Below are positions 24,709 through 37,950 of a DNA stretch of 64,000 bases, one piece after another (the first letter of the stretch is position 1; every line of letters begins with the position of its first letter). The notes under the pieces are model-generated. The model did no database searches, had not been told where the DNA came from, and worked only from the letters and a program-made list of their open reading frames with translations. The translations under genes and the position numbers were made by a program. Origin of the DNA: Lytechinus pictus. Lineage: Eukaryota. Location of the stretch: NCBI RefSeq assembly GCF_037042905.1, contig NC_087261.1, positions 29,264,001-29,328,000 of the forward strand, given 5' to 3'.

Positions 24709-24856
24709 GGGGCCCGTTGCAGAAAGAGTTGCAATCAATCGCAACTCTAAAAATTCATGCGCAACTTGATTTTCAACCAATCAACAGCGCGCATTTGAGA
24801 CTTGCGCATGATTTTTAGAGTTGCGATTGATTGCAACTCTTTCTGCAACGGGCCCC
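24709..24856. mobile_element. Harbinger-type MITE, near-perfect palindrome, with additionally inverted 36-bp flanks
   Basis: ggggcccgttgcagaaagagttgcaatcaatcgcaactctaaaaat and its exact reverse complement. Confidence 0.85.
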
Positions 24857-25983
24857 AGACTGGACTGAAGGTGTTAATCTTCATTAGATCAGTTGAAGAT
24901 ATTCTATCCGTCAAATACTCAGTAACACCATCTTCAGGGCCCTGGGAACGATTTTTTAACAGGGGGTGCAGCTGGTTTGGGAGAAAAAATTGAGATGGAA
25001 AGAAAAAAAAAGGTTCTCACTACAAAAAAGTGTTGCCAATTTGAAATTTACATATTCTTAGGGATCTCAATTTTAAACGAGCCGTTACTTTCGTGTTGCT
25101 TGTCCGATTTTAAAAAATCTGTCACCATGATCCTTTTCACCTGTTCTTTTTTTGCTCTCTCACACTACTTTTAATGACCAAGGTTTGATTCCCCTTTAAA
25201 CGTAGGTTACCTTTTCTCGGAAGCAGAATATTTGTTTTTGAAGAAAAATGACAGACTATTTCCTTGTCTGTTACTCGCAATATCGATATTCTGAACTCGT
25301 GTTCACCTTAAAGTCCGGTCTGAAGTTGTGGTTTAACCATAGGAAGTCAGCTTTGACACAAATGTTTGATTTTTTCAGTTCTTTCAACGCTCAAATCATT
25401 CAAGCCTGTCTGCTAATGACAACTAAAATATTTCCCTTCATTATCAAAAGCATGAGAAAAGAAACGGTTTCAGCTGCCCATGGGTTTGGCACAATGTTTG
25501 TCCATACTTTGTATTACTACTGGCAGCAGAGTCACAACAGTTTAATAATTCATATAATTCACACACATTATACTCATGTATAGGCCTATTGTAATAACAA
25601 AAATTGAATCAAATGTATTTTTTTCTTTGCTTAGCCTTATCAAAGGCGTAATCAGCAAAATAGGGGGGTAGCAGTGTGTGACAAAATATCTTCAAAGTCC
25701 AGAGCGAGCAAAGCGAACAAGGAAAAATACAAAAGATTATGTTAACTATTTTTTTTATTTTATTTAACAGTATTATGTGAAGCATATGTAAACAAATAGA
25801 CTAATAAACAATTATTTAATAATGGCAATTCCCAATTGATAGGTGCCAGTACATGCATACTTTAATATGGTCGATGATAGAGATACCGTGATATATATAC
25901 CATGTAGATTTTAATTAAAAATTATATTTATCATGTTTATGTATGGAATTGTTTACCATGTTTACCCTAACGGAGCGAGAGAA

Positions 25984-26014
<31 letters not shown>

Positions 26015-26589
26015 GGGTGGGGAGAGGGGGAAGGGGTAGGTGATATATCTTAACGGTGAGGGCGCTGGAGGGAGTAATAATGAGCATTGTAACATTAAGA
26101 GGACGAGGAAACATACGATGAGGGGATAAATTTGGTGTGCATTATCAAAGATAATCATTTTTTTTATGGAGTTTATCGTTTACATTCCAGTTACTAAGGA
26201 AATTATGGCGTGAGGTGTAATATTTATATTCAGTAATGAAACCATATTTCTAGGATTGGTCAGAAACCACTTTAGTTATGGAAACAGAAAGTGTTGTTAT
26301 TGATTGGAAATTTGATCAAGGAAGTAAAATACAAAGCAGAAAAGTATTGTCGTTTAGTTGATGATTTCGTGCAGCTTTATAATTTTTATGATTTCGAGAC
26401 CATATCCATTGGTATTTCCTTGAAATATTACATCTACAAACAGATTCAAGGCCAGGTCGCGAAAAAAGGAAACTGAAGAATCTTTGCCCATGATTTTCAC
26501 TAATGAATAAAAATATCAAATCAGATCTCATTTTGGAACGAAGCGCGGAGTGTATCGTGTCGAAGAGACTATAGGTCGACAAGATAGAG

Positions 26590-26704
26590 ATGGAGCGTTT
26601 TGGATTGTTCTCCCTTGTGGTATTTAGTTGCCTCTTCCACTGTTTCACCAACAGGCTGGTTGAAGGTTTCAACAATTCTAGTTCTGTTGCCAACGATTCT
26701 ACAG
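26590..26704 (+). CDS. Exon 1 (signal peptide) of a putative secreted Ser/Thr-rich, Cys-tailed protein
   Basis: MERFGLFSLVVFSCLFHCFTNRLVEGFNNSSSVANDST, ATG in gagATGg context, donor cag|gtacgt (phase 1). ATTGG boxes at ~26256 and ~26303 upstream. Confidence 0.65.
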
Positions 26705-27037
26705 GTACGTACGACGAAAAGATCCCATCTTCATTTCAATGATTTTTTTAGTGATAATTTTAGTAAACACACACAATTACAAATCAATATGATCAGGAGT
26801 GCCAGTTTTTTTTTCTTCATAGAAATGTATACAAAAAAAGTTCAAGAGCAATGTGTAATATAGTGGATATAAAAATAGATAGAGGTATAGACCCCCCCCC
26901 CAAAAAAAAAGAGAAAAATATTCACCATTGATTCGAAGCAAATAATGGTATATATACTGCAAAATTCCATCGCCTTCGATGGAAAGAAAATTTCCTTTCT
27001 TCGGTACGACGAACCACCCTTTCGACTTTTTTTCCCC

Positions 27038-27705
27038 GAATAATGTTTCGGGAATATTGGATGGCCTTGAGTGGGATGCGTAGAAATATTGTACGAGCTG
27101 AAACCCCATCACACTTATTAGGAATCGGCAGAAATCAAGCAGAATCAGCTGGAATGAATAAAGATAAAAATCTCGAAAAATTATGGGACGGGTCCGAATT
27201 CACCTAACTGGAGTTCTAATAAGGTAAATTTACCAGGCGACTCATCATACACTAGTCACACTAGAGTCGAAATGAGCCTCAATGGAGTCAAGTTTAAAAT
27301 TTGTGCTGCGTTCTTTGGATATTCTAAAAACTCTGACTGTTTTATAATTGCATTCGGAATATTCGGGCCAGTTCTTGCGGGCGCTCATCTCAAAACGTTT
27401 AGGTCATGTTCTAAATTTTTGAGGTGCGTTCGAAGTGGACAGAATATCGAACGGTGTTCAAAGTACATTCTTACTGCATTCTGAATGCATTCCATGTATT
27501 TTATTTTTTTCTAAAACTTGACCAGTTTGTGGTCGAACAATAGTAATTTAATTCCGGCTGATTCTGCTTGATTCGGAATAAGTGTGATGGGGGCTTGAAG
27601 AACAATATTGGATGAGTAGGAGACGAATCCAATATTATTCTTCAGCGAGTAACAATATTTCTACGCATCCGACGAAAATTGGTCATCCAATAACATTATT
27701 ATTAT
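27038..27705. mobile_element. Hairpin (Crypton-like) palindromic repeat split by a MITE
   Basis: Removing 27102-27598 restores ggatgcgtagaaatattgt..gctgaagaacaatattggat-loop-atccaatattattcttcagc..acaatatttctacgcatcc. Confidence 0.65.
27102..27595. mobile_element. Harbinger-type MITE, TSD TGA
   Basis: tga|aaccccatcacacttatt...aataagtgtgatgggggct|tga. Confidence 0.85.
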
Positions 27706-28473
27706 TTAGATTTTACTCATCCTTTTATGTTAATCATGAGCATGGCGACCGGGTATTGTAATAATAAAAAAGAAATATCTGTAAAGATGCGCTAGTGTAT
27801 AATAGTGCACGCAAATTTGAATTCCGTAAACATGGTAAATTGGGGAAATATCGATTATGCAATCTCGATTATGCTTCGTTTCTAAATAAGTTATGCTCAA
27901 AATTCAATATTTTGAGCTTTTAAGTACTTGCTTTCTGTTAGACATGATATGTATATATGCTAATTATAGGTTTAAAAGCTGGGTTTTTGAAGCTTCAGGG
28001 CATTAATCCATTGTTTCAACTGTGAGCCTAATTTTCAAATTTTCTAAAACTTTGCTACGCTCGAATTATAATATTTTGAGCTTTTCAACTGTGGTGTAAT
28101 AGCCAACGATATGATGATGTCGTTATACTTGCATTTTTCTTTCTTTAAATATTTATAATTTTTAGCTTCAGGATACATGTATATACTATTGAACCATAAT
28201 AATCAAATCATTTTTAACGCTAAAATTTGTATTTTTTCAAAACTTGTATAAAATGTACCGGTATTCTATTTGTAAATTACTTGATGAAATACTATTGATG
28301 ATTTTGTACATTTGTATGATTGTTTTCTCAAATACCCACTCTATGGGTGACATGGGAATAAATGTCATTGGCATTGTCTCCTTTGCCACACCTCCTGGCA
28401 ACTAATACGCAATGCAATTTCATTGTAACGTAACAATTGGGACCTTTCGCAATCCTCACGGACGCTAATATTA

Positions 28474-28614
28474 GGATCCCCTAACACAAAAGTTAACGCT
28501 TAATCATACACTTGATTTTTAAGATTGAATGTGCATTATAGTCAATAGAATCAAACGTAGAAAACTGCTCTACAATCAATGCTAAACTTTGTGTTACAGG
28601 GGGGTTACAGGCCC
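28474..28614. mobile_element. Degenerate Harbinger-type MITE
   Basis: cccctaacacaaaagttaacg versus gctaaactttgtgttacagggg. Confidence 0.5.
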
Positions 28615-29083
28615 TACAGATCTGCCTTTCGTGTGCAAAATCCTTTTCTGCGACACTCGCACCATACATAGCATGTATATTACGACTGATGGTTTGAGAT
28701 ATTCGAAATGAAGACCTAAAATAGATTATGACATGGATAAGAAAGTGGTTTTTCAAACAAATCGAGTACATATTGAGTGAGGAAAAACTTACTGAATGAA
28801 GGCTTAGATATAGATCATTACAGTCCATCGAATCGATATTACATTTAATGTGGATTATTGGTGTATCACTGGCAATTGATTTCATGGGTCAGATCAACCT
28901 CTCCAGCCGAACATTTCGCGTGAGTTGATATGTGCACACCATTATGTAATACATTTGAACTCGTTTCTTTTTGTTTCTTTTGTTTCTTTTGTTTATTCCT
29001 TCTACACAAACGATATGCCTCTCGCACACGATGTAATGGGCATTATGTTTTACTTCCCCCAGAAATGGGGATTAGATTCAAAT

Positions 29084-29384
29084 TCCGGGGGGACCACTTC
29101 CATTAATGAGTGGATACCAGGCACGACCATGGGGTTTCGAAAAATACCCTAAACAAGCTGGGAAGTAATTCTTTTCCAGATTATGAAAATGCATCTCTTA
29201 ACAAGAATTTGGCTTGTGAAACCCTACAAGTATTGGATATCCCTTTTTTGTCAGCATTTTAAACATCGTTTTGACACCCTTATAACGTTACATAGGCCTA
29301 TACGTAACGTACCTGCCCACTCTGTCCCCTTTTACGCGTGGTCGCTCCTGGGATCCACTAATCAATGGAAGTGGGCCCCCCGGG
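29084..29384. mobile_element. Non-autonomous TIR element with CCGGGGGG ends
   Basis: ccggggggaccacttccattaatgagtggataccaggcacgacca versus tggtcgctcctgggatccactaatcaatggaagtgggccccccgg. Confidence 0.8.
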
Positions 29385-31025
29385 CGGCCTCTCGAGCTCT
29401 AGGAGGAGTCAAATGTGGCTTTGGAAAGTCGTCCTCAATGAGATATATCGCTGTTACCATAGTAGCAACCAAAATTTTGCACACGAAACGCATATTGAAT
29501 GTTTCCGTCGCAGATGCGAAACGAAAAAAAAATCTCATGTCACACAATTTGCATTGCAGGACGACCATGATGACGGGCCCAAAAAAGTCTCTTCCAAAAT
29601 CAACTAACGTCGTAAATAAGCGTGCGCGTCCTCAAACGAAAGGTCCGGAATATCTTCATGTGCGCAATCATTTATTAACCAATGATAATCTTGTGGGTGG
29701 GGCAAAATATTCACTTCATCCAATATGGAAAATATTGGATGGTTTTCATAGGCATACATGCTAAAAATCAGTTTCAATATTTTGTCTCTTTGAAACAACC
29801 TCGCAAGACGTCAAAAAATATCTGCGCCTCTAAAAGTTTACCCTACATCTAAATGATAATAATGAATAACTTACAATAACATCAAAATCACAATTCACAA
29901 CAACAACAGTCTTTCACGCTTTCAGGGGCCCCACTCATACCAGCTCGGTGTTGCTACGGCTCATTCAGGAATTATACAGTCTATTCTCAAATCATGTTGG
30001 ATTGGGAATTATGTTAGAACCATTTTAAGTAGATCTTCCCTTTTTCATTACAAACTTCTGAGATACAAAACAAAAAGTAATTGACAAGCGAAAAAAAAAT
30101 CTTAATCAAATCTGAGTCGGATACACGGTGACTGCCAGGTGACCCTTTTCTCTAAGCATGAATATGATCCATGCTGTAAAGAGTTACATGTACATATCCG
30201 TCAATACTTACCTTACTCCTTTATTTTCCTACATTTATTATGAGGTCTACTTAAAGGTAGCCATTAAGCCCTTTTCCCTTTTGGCTGCTATTACTCAAGC
30301 ATTTATTTTGCTTATAATAGTTTGCAACTGCATTTGTTTTTCACTACTTTGTCTTATCCTTAAATTGTATTCATGTCTAAATTTTGTTTATGACTCTTAT
30401 AAATTTGTCACATAGCAATGTACTTTCATGTCATACTACAATTATGTCTATGTATTGTAAATTTATTTTGACTTTACAATAAATGCAGAAACTCCTGCAA
30501 AAAAAAAAAATGGCGATGGTCCGGGCTGAAAATATTTATATCTAAATAAATAGAGTAAAATTCACATAGAAAAATGCTGAAATTGTCATCAAAATCTGAT
30601 AACAAATAACGAAGTTATTGAATTTTAAAGTTTATCATGATTTCGTGAAAACAGTTATATGCACATCGTCATGAATATTCATAAGGTGGGCTGATGATGT
30701 CTTTTCCCCACTTTCTCTTTTTTATGTTATTAAATGAAATCATAAATGTTTCATTTTTCCATACATGTGTAAGTAATGTGTCTCCACTATGGTGAAATAA
30801 GTTGCGGTAATATACAGTGCGTATCAAAAAAAAGTTTACACTTAGAAAAAATCCTGTAAAATTATACATTTGTAATATCCTGAATATTTTTCCACATTTT
30901 AACATTGGTACAGATCCATTTAAGCAAATGACGATATAACTGTCGAAAAATATTTCCGCTAGAGTGAGCTCCACTTACTTTTGAAAAGTTAGTGAAAAAT
31001 GATTTGTGCAGAACTTTGAAATATA

Positions 31026-33099
31026 CACAACAAAAAAAGTAAGTCCCCCCCTAAACAAACATAAATAATTTCCGAACCAATGCGAGTTTTTAATATATTT
31101 TTACATGAGCGTGTAGGTAATTTTATAGGCTACCCTCTGAGTAAATGTTATGGACGTATTTTACTTCATGCTTCAGTGAGTACCGTCAGAAGGCAAAAAT
31201 GTCACTTCTCAAAAGTCACAAGCCAAATATCATGACTTTGATTCCATTTTATTGGAACTAATTTTACATTCTCATCATAAAAAATAGTCAGAAGGCATGT
31301 AAAAGGTACTCTCTAAAAGACGATACAACTTGTTTGGCTAAATTTCACGGTTGAATAAACACAAGTCCAAATTTGCTCTAATTGGATTTTTTAAACATTT
31401 ATATCAATAAAAATGATAGAATATGATGACAGTTATTTTTGGAAGAATTTCTTCAACAATATTCATCGTTTCACGGTTCAATGGACATTTATTGAAAACA
31501 AAAAAATACTATTTTCAAATATCATAGGCGAGTATTGGTTCATTTTGGGAACTGAAAATGATCTTTTCTCAACTTTTTCGTTATGTTCATGACCAATTAA
31601 CATGCTTCAGTGATTCAAACGCGTTTAATTAAATATCCACGCTTGAATGAACATGTGGAATGCGATTAGCTCTTTTTTACGTTATTGGAAAAAATGCAAT
31701 TTGTTACTATGGATATCTGTCATCAACCTCCTTGCATAGTTCATTTGATTTGATTTTTATGAAAATCCCGATGTTTAATGCATCAGTGAGCACACAATAT
31801 TCGAAAATTATGCAAATGAGAAGAAAGTTCAAGGCATTGGCCCCACTCTGTGTCGTATCGAATGGTTATTTTGGTGTGCGCGCCTTTTGGATAGTGTTAC
31901 TCTGAAGCCATGTACGAAGTTTCATGAAATAACTATTGGCAGAAGTAACAAAAACCGTCCATGAAACAAACCCTCATTTCATATTTGTTAAAATTTTGAC
32001 TTCGTCTCTCATAGACTTGTGTACATTATGGGTGCACCTGTTTAAGAATAAGTAACCCCTTATTCAATATAGTGGAACTTTTTTTCACGGCTGTCTTTAG
32101 CAATGTCATTTGGCAGTAATGTTTATCAACCTATGGGCAGAATTCTGTGCAAAAATGAAATCGATTTGTTTATTTATGGATGAGTGAGCACGCATCAAAG
32201 TGGGAAAATTTGTATTTTCAATGTCACAGACTCATTTTAAAGGGTAATAAAGTGAATATTGGGGGCAAATTCGGTTTCAAATTGCTATTGTTTTTATCAT
32301 CCATCATTTCTATCACCACACACTTTCCGAACTTTAAACATTTTCATGGTTGAGCGAGCACATTCGAAAACTTAGGAATGAATACTCTTTATACTGCATG
32401 AATGTATTCTTTTCCCAACAATTCCTCATGATCAGTTTAATCTATGGACAAATCAGTGGTGGGTCCAGAATTTTAAAATGGGGGAGGGGCCTATAATCGG
32501 GGGAGCCACCAACATTTTCAAATTTTAACATGATCTAACAAGTTGTAGAGGATACTACCATAAACCCCTATGATGATACGTCACAATACAGGGGCCGGGG
32601 AAGGGTTTTCAAAGTGGGGGGGGGGGGGGTCTGGCCATGCAAAAAATCACAATCGTATGGTCATTTTTACATTTTTGTACATGCTTTTGGAAAAAAGTGG
32701 GGGGGGGGGACTGAAGCTCCCCGCCCAGCCCCCCCGCTTCCGCGGCCCCTGCAATACATTGTGCTCACTCAACCATGAACATTATGATATCAACATTGTG
32801 TGTGGAGTGGCTAAATGATGGATAGTAAAACAGCATAACACCATAAAATTCACCTGAAGACAACATTTGACCAACTTTGTATTTGCACAATCTCAAAAAC
32901 GACTCTTGCGACTTTCAAAAATTGTCATTTTTAATTCAATCTTTAATTACTCATGCATGACTCAACCGATCAATCTTATTTTTCCCCAGGAGTTGCTTAA
33001 TGAGTTTAGAAAACCACCTACGAAATATCATATCTCAAAATAATTCCGTTCAAAATTTACAGCAATTTGATTTAGGGGGGACTTACTTTTTTTGTTGTG
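31026..33099. mobile_element. TA-flanked non-autonomous element, Tc1/mariner-type (layer 3)
   Basis: ta|cacaacaaaaaaagtaagtccccccctaaa...tttaggggggacttactttttttgttgtg|ta. Confidence 0.9.
32589..32751. mobile_element. Short GC-rich TIR element, 5-bp TSD CAATA (layer 4)
   Basis: caata|caggggccggggaag...cttccgcggcccctg|caata. Confidence 0.85.
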
Positions 33100-34304
33100 T
33101 ATAGTTATGCGAATAAAAGTAGACCTTAATCATGAGGTACACGTGGAATTTGGCTAGTAAAATTGATTTGAAGATACAGTGTATCTTTTACTTTTTTTAA
33201 CTTGTTTCCGTGCCCAACACACTTTGAAGAGTGCATTGCGCCCCACCCCACTCCCCCACACACCGATGCCCTCGTGACGATATTTGCTTTACACTGAGCT
33301 GTGATTTACATGAAGTGGCTTAGGCTTGATTTTCATTTTGTTAATCATTGAAAAGCTTGGGAAAAGTGTGGAGAAACAAGTATTAAATGAAAAATGAAAT
33401 GTAAATCCACTTTAAAGGATAAAAACTTAGTGAAAAAATGTTAGAGATGTCTGATATAAACTTTTGTTCAGATTCAGTTATGTCCTCAGATCCAGCTGGC
33501 ACAAAAAGGGTAAAGGTTGTGCTTACTAAGTGTTGAAATTTCAATTTGGGTGGCAAAATTGTTACAAAATGCTTGAATGTATCCGTTTCATTTCAATTGA
33601 CTAAAAGTACAAGGGAAATGTATGAGAAATGTTTCGCAGGATAAGTTTGATTTCGCCCTTTCCCCTTGACACGGCGTAAAAACGAGCATTTCTGCGCAAA
33701 CATATTTCTGCGAGCTTTACACAAATAGACAGTGCTCACTCAAGTGTAACATTCTGTCAAATCTTTTACTTTCATTGGATAGATGAGATCCAAACCCAAG
33801 ATTATATGTGAAAAAATTACCCACATGTTGTATATTTTTTAAATTCCCAGGGCTTTTTCAAAGTGTAAACTTTTTTTGATACGCACTGTATAACTAATGC
33901 ACTTAATCAGTTGTCAATCCGATTGTTTTAGTTCTTGGTAGAAAATTTTTGAACAAAACTCATTTCATATAATAAAATACAAAAGAACAAGTGGGGATAT
34001 GACATCAGCCCACCTTATGGATATTCATATTGAAGAAATGCCTAGAACTGTTTCACTGGAATAATGCAAATCTTTAAAATTCAATAACTTTGTTATTTGT
34101 AAACCGATTTTGATCAAACTTTCAGCATTTTGCTGTGTGAATTTTACTCTATCTATTGAGATATAAATATTTCCAGCCTGGACCATCCCTTTAAAGCTTG
34201 GATAGGATCCATGCTCTAAGAAGTTAATAATCCTTCAAATCTTACCCTCCTTTATTTTCCTACATTTTATTATGAGGTCTACTTAACTTTATGTACATGT
34301 AAAG

Positions 34305-35830
34305 GGGTGAATTATCGGATGGTCTAATACCACTTGGTCTAATATCCAATTTGGCTAATTCCCACTTGGTCAAATATCCAATTCGTCTAATGAGCAGTTG
34401 GGCTTAAACCATTTAGTCTAATTTCCAGTTGATCTAACACCACTTGGTCTAATTTCCACTTCGGCTAATTTCCGCTTGGTCTAATTTTCATTTCGTCTAA
34501 TTGTCATATGGTCAAATGTTTGGTCTAATATACACTTGGTCTAATGATCACTTGGTCTAATAGCCAATTGGTCTAATGACCACTCAGTATATTGACCAAT
34601 TGGGTTAATAATCGTTTGGTCAAATTTTCATTTCGTCTAATTTTCGTATGGTCTAATGATCGTTTGGTCTAATGTCCATTTAGTGTAATCTAAAATCATT
34701 CATTATGGTTTATTTGATCTAAAATTAACAAATATGGTCATGGATAGATAAATACACCATGCATCAGTTAATACATGTCACCGGGACCAAATGGGGGGGG
34801 GGGGGGGTAGAGCCCAGGTAGGGCTGGTGGCGGGCGCAAAACCTCTCCGTGAAGGACTACCGATGACGAGATAGTCGCTCATCACATGAATTATTCTAAT
34901 AAAAAGAAGTCTTATAATTAGGCCTATATCGATTATATATCATGATGCTGAAAATTATATCACACTCATAATCATTACATCACCGGAAGCACATTTACAG
35001 ATTGAATCTGTCAGATTCTAAGTATCGGGTGAACAATAAGTTAGCGACATTGTAGCTTATAATGGTCGAATGCCGGGGGGTTCATCAGAATAACATTAAT
35101 ATGAAGAAAGGAACTAATCTATAATGTAATTGATTGTGTGGATACGTATCTGTCAAACATGTTTATGCCTGTTTTATAATCATTTTTATGCACCATTAAA
35201 CTTGCACTTAATTGAAAATAATCAAATAATCATGCAGTTTGGGGATTTAAAAAAAATTGATATAAGGCCTAGAGAGGACAACATGCATTGCAATATTAAT
35301 TTAAAAAGAAAAACACAAATAACATGAATAAACTTTTGGCCTAATAGGAATACCCCAACAAACCATTATCCCAAATGTAAATTAGACAAATTGGAAATTA
35401 GACCAAGTGGTAATTAGACCAACTGCAACATAGACCAAATGAATAATAGACCAAGCGAGGATTAGACGAACTGGAATTAGACCAAGAAGTACTAGACTAA
35501 CCGACAATTAGACGAACTAGTATTAGACCAAAGATCAAGTTACAATAAAAACCATTAGACGAAATGGCAATTAGACCAAATGAAAATTATACCAAGTGAC
35601 GTTTAGCCCAACTGGGCATTAGATAAAATGGAGTTTAGACCAAGTGGTCATTAAGCCAATTGGCAATTAGACCAATTGGCTATTAGACCAAGTGGTCATC
35701 AGACCAAATGAGAATTGGACTAAATGGATTTAGCTCGAACGTTGTTAAAATGTTAGCCCATCTGACGATCAGACCATAGAGCTATTACAGATGATCAGAC
35801 CAAGTGATATTACTCCGACCGTCAGTAAAC
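34305..35830. mobile_element. Foldback-like element with inverted tandem arrays
   Basis: Many cacttggtctaat-like units at 34320-34690 and the complementary attagaccaa-like units at 35380-35815 around a unique core. Confidence 0.8.
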
Positions 35831-36493
35831 CTATGAGGGGCGGGGGGGGGGGGGGGGGGGTAACCCCGAATAGTTACGGCTCTCGCGTTGCAAAGGAATG
35901 GTCAACTTATCACTTCACCATGTACTGACGTTACTTGTTTGCGTATAAGCATATTCCTTTTTTATTTCTTTTTATAATAATAAAAATAAATAGCTGATCT
36001 GATCTAATCAGTTTCTTAAAGAAATAAAATGTGTTGCAATACATGAATATTCATGTATTGCTATATAGTGATATTTAATGCTATTATAATACAGTCACTA
36101 GGACAGTGACTTATTTGGCGGGGGGTAGAATAAAGGTCATCATAATTTGTTTACAAAATGCACCATATTTTGTATATATCTTTATAGGTTATTTATCATT
36201 GGTGTTTTTAATATAATTGTAATGACACTGATTTGTAGCGCAAATATTTGATATAATGTATGAAAATGATTTGTATCAATATTTATGTCATTTCTGTTGG
36301 AAATAAATCTGAATCTGAATCTGAATTCCAATATTGATGCTCGATAGGGTGTGGTTTGTCGCTTTCCTGCTCCTGTAGAGGCTTTTCCCCTACCATGGAC
36401 CTAGGAGGACCCATGCACCGACCAAAGATGGGTATGTATAAATTATTGTGACCTAATTTCTAAATTTATTTATTTATTGTTTATTTTTTACAG

Positions 36494-36928
36494 ACAGTGG
36501 AAATGGATCCATTGAAGAGTATGATTCGTCTGAATCTATCTACCAAGATACATCTTTCAATATCACAACAACACCGGCACCGTCTATGTCTGTTGCTACA
36601 ACTACAGCATCACTAGAATTGATGGACGAGATCGCCACAACGTCTATCTCAGCGACGGCATCATTTACAGAATTAGTGTACGAGGCATTTTCCACGTCTA
36701 TTTCAACGACCATGACAACGACCTCATCGACAGAGTTGATGGAGGAGACTTTCCCCACGTATCTTGCAACAACGGCATCATTTACGGATTTGGTGGACGA
36801 GACCTCAACTATGTCTATTTCAACAACTGTACCTTTTGGAAATAAGACTCGGTCAATATCTAATTCAACATCAGCATCCTGTAGTAATAAGACTACGAGA
36901 ACATCAACATGTAATTCAACTACGAAAG
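36494..36928 (+). CDS. Exon 2, mucin-like Ser/Thr-rich acidic region with ~20-aa repeats
   Basis: Acceptor ttatttttttacag-like tract ending at 36493, donor aag|gtaatt. 435 nt, phase 1-1, open: DSGNGSIEEYDSSE...ATTTASLELMDE/ATASFTELVYE/TTTSSTELMEE/ATTASFTDLVDE...NKT, NST sequons. Confidence 0.75.
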
Positions 36929-36969
36929 GTAATTAAAAATTCTTCTTCTTCTATGTTATCATTGTTATC

Positions 36970-37950
36970 ATAGGCGGATCCAGGGGGGGGGGGCGAGGGA
37001 CCCGCCCCTCCCCTATTGGCGGAGCAAAAAGATTTAAAAAAGGGAAAGAAAGAATAAAAAAGAAAAAGAAGGGAAAAGAGAGGAGAAAAAAGAAGAGGAA
37101 AAAGAGGAGTAAATAAAATAAGGTAAGGGGAAGACTTGGAAAATAACAAAAATATTTTCATGTCACTATATAAAATTTTCGCTCGCGCTACGTGCTCGCA
37201 TTGCATATTGAGATACATATATTGCCCAATATAGATTGATATGGAGCTTCTGAAGTATATACACAACATATTTCAGCTCGGACATCGAGCTTTCATTATT
37301 TGTTACTATAACAAACTACTTAAAATCCCATTTTCATGACAGCTGTTTACCAAAAATGTCATTAATTTAAAAAAATGTATTAACCCATGCATTCTATTCA
37401 CAATTACATAAGTGCTTAAAATATCCAGTTTTCAGGCCTTATCAGCAACAAATTTTGCACTCTCATTGGGCTAATTAGATTGATAAAGAAGATACGGTAA
37501 CATTTTCATGAATTCCTAATAATTAAATTGTCTCTTTTCAGAAAGGAATATAGACAAGAATAGGAAGATAGTCATTATTTTCATATGATGACACAATGTC
37601 CTCAGAATGTCCCAGTCCTAGGTCAAAATGATAAAATAATAAATATCAGTTCGCGCTCGCATCATTTATTAAGTGCGATCAATATCCACTTCACAATTTT
37701 CTTACACAGTGCTTGGATTAGTGTTCAAATTGACCCTTTTCAGATCAGAATATCAAATATTTTCAGCTCGCGCTCGCAATATTAATGTAGGGGATACTCA
37801 TCTTAATAATCATATACAAAACATGAATAGAGTGTCCCGCTTTTAGGTCTAAATCTCTTTTTTCCCTCGCTCGCGCTTTGCACTCGCATTTTGTAGTTAT
37901 TAACCTATCATGTTCATGATTGCAAAAAGTGCTTAGAATGTCTGTTTTTC
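36970..37950. mobile_element. hAT-like non-autonomous element fragment with gctcgcgcttcgcgctcgc-type repeats
   Basis: Starts ataggcggatccaggggg and carries the repeated motif seen in 51036-53320 and 54606-55767. Right end not found. Confidence 0.55.

Larger units (their letters stand above)
30815..33888. mobile_element. Tc1/mariner-type non-autonomous element (layer 2)
   Basis: ta|cagtgcgtatcaaaaaaaagtttacact...agtgtaaactttttttgatacgcactg|ta. Confidence 0.9.
30511..34190. mobile_element. Kolobok-like MITE, outer layer of a nest
   Basis: gatggtccgggctgaaaatatttatatct versus agatataaatatttccagcctggaccatccct|ttaa. Its halves rejoin across 30815-33888 and align with the uninterrupted relative at 51873-52380. 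Confidence 0.85.

Noticed and set aside
29183-29764. 193-aa ORF
   Set aside because: Starts inside a MITE and runs across its end, with no recognisable domain.
34320-35815. CRISPR-like short repeat array
   Set aside because: Repeats are ~10-bp cores with ~8-bp variable gaps, mirrored on both sides, which fits foldback subterminal arrays.
36379-36431. Extra small exon (tag|...|gtatgt) before the mucin-like exon
   Set aside because: 53 nt, breaks phase and has an in-frame stop when entered in phase 1.
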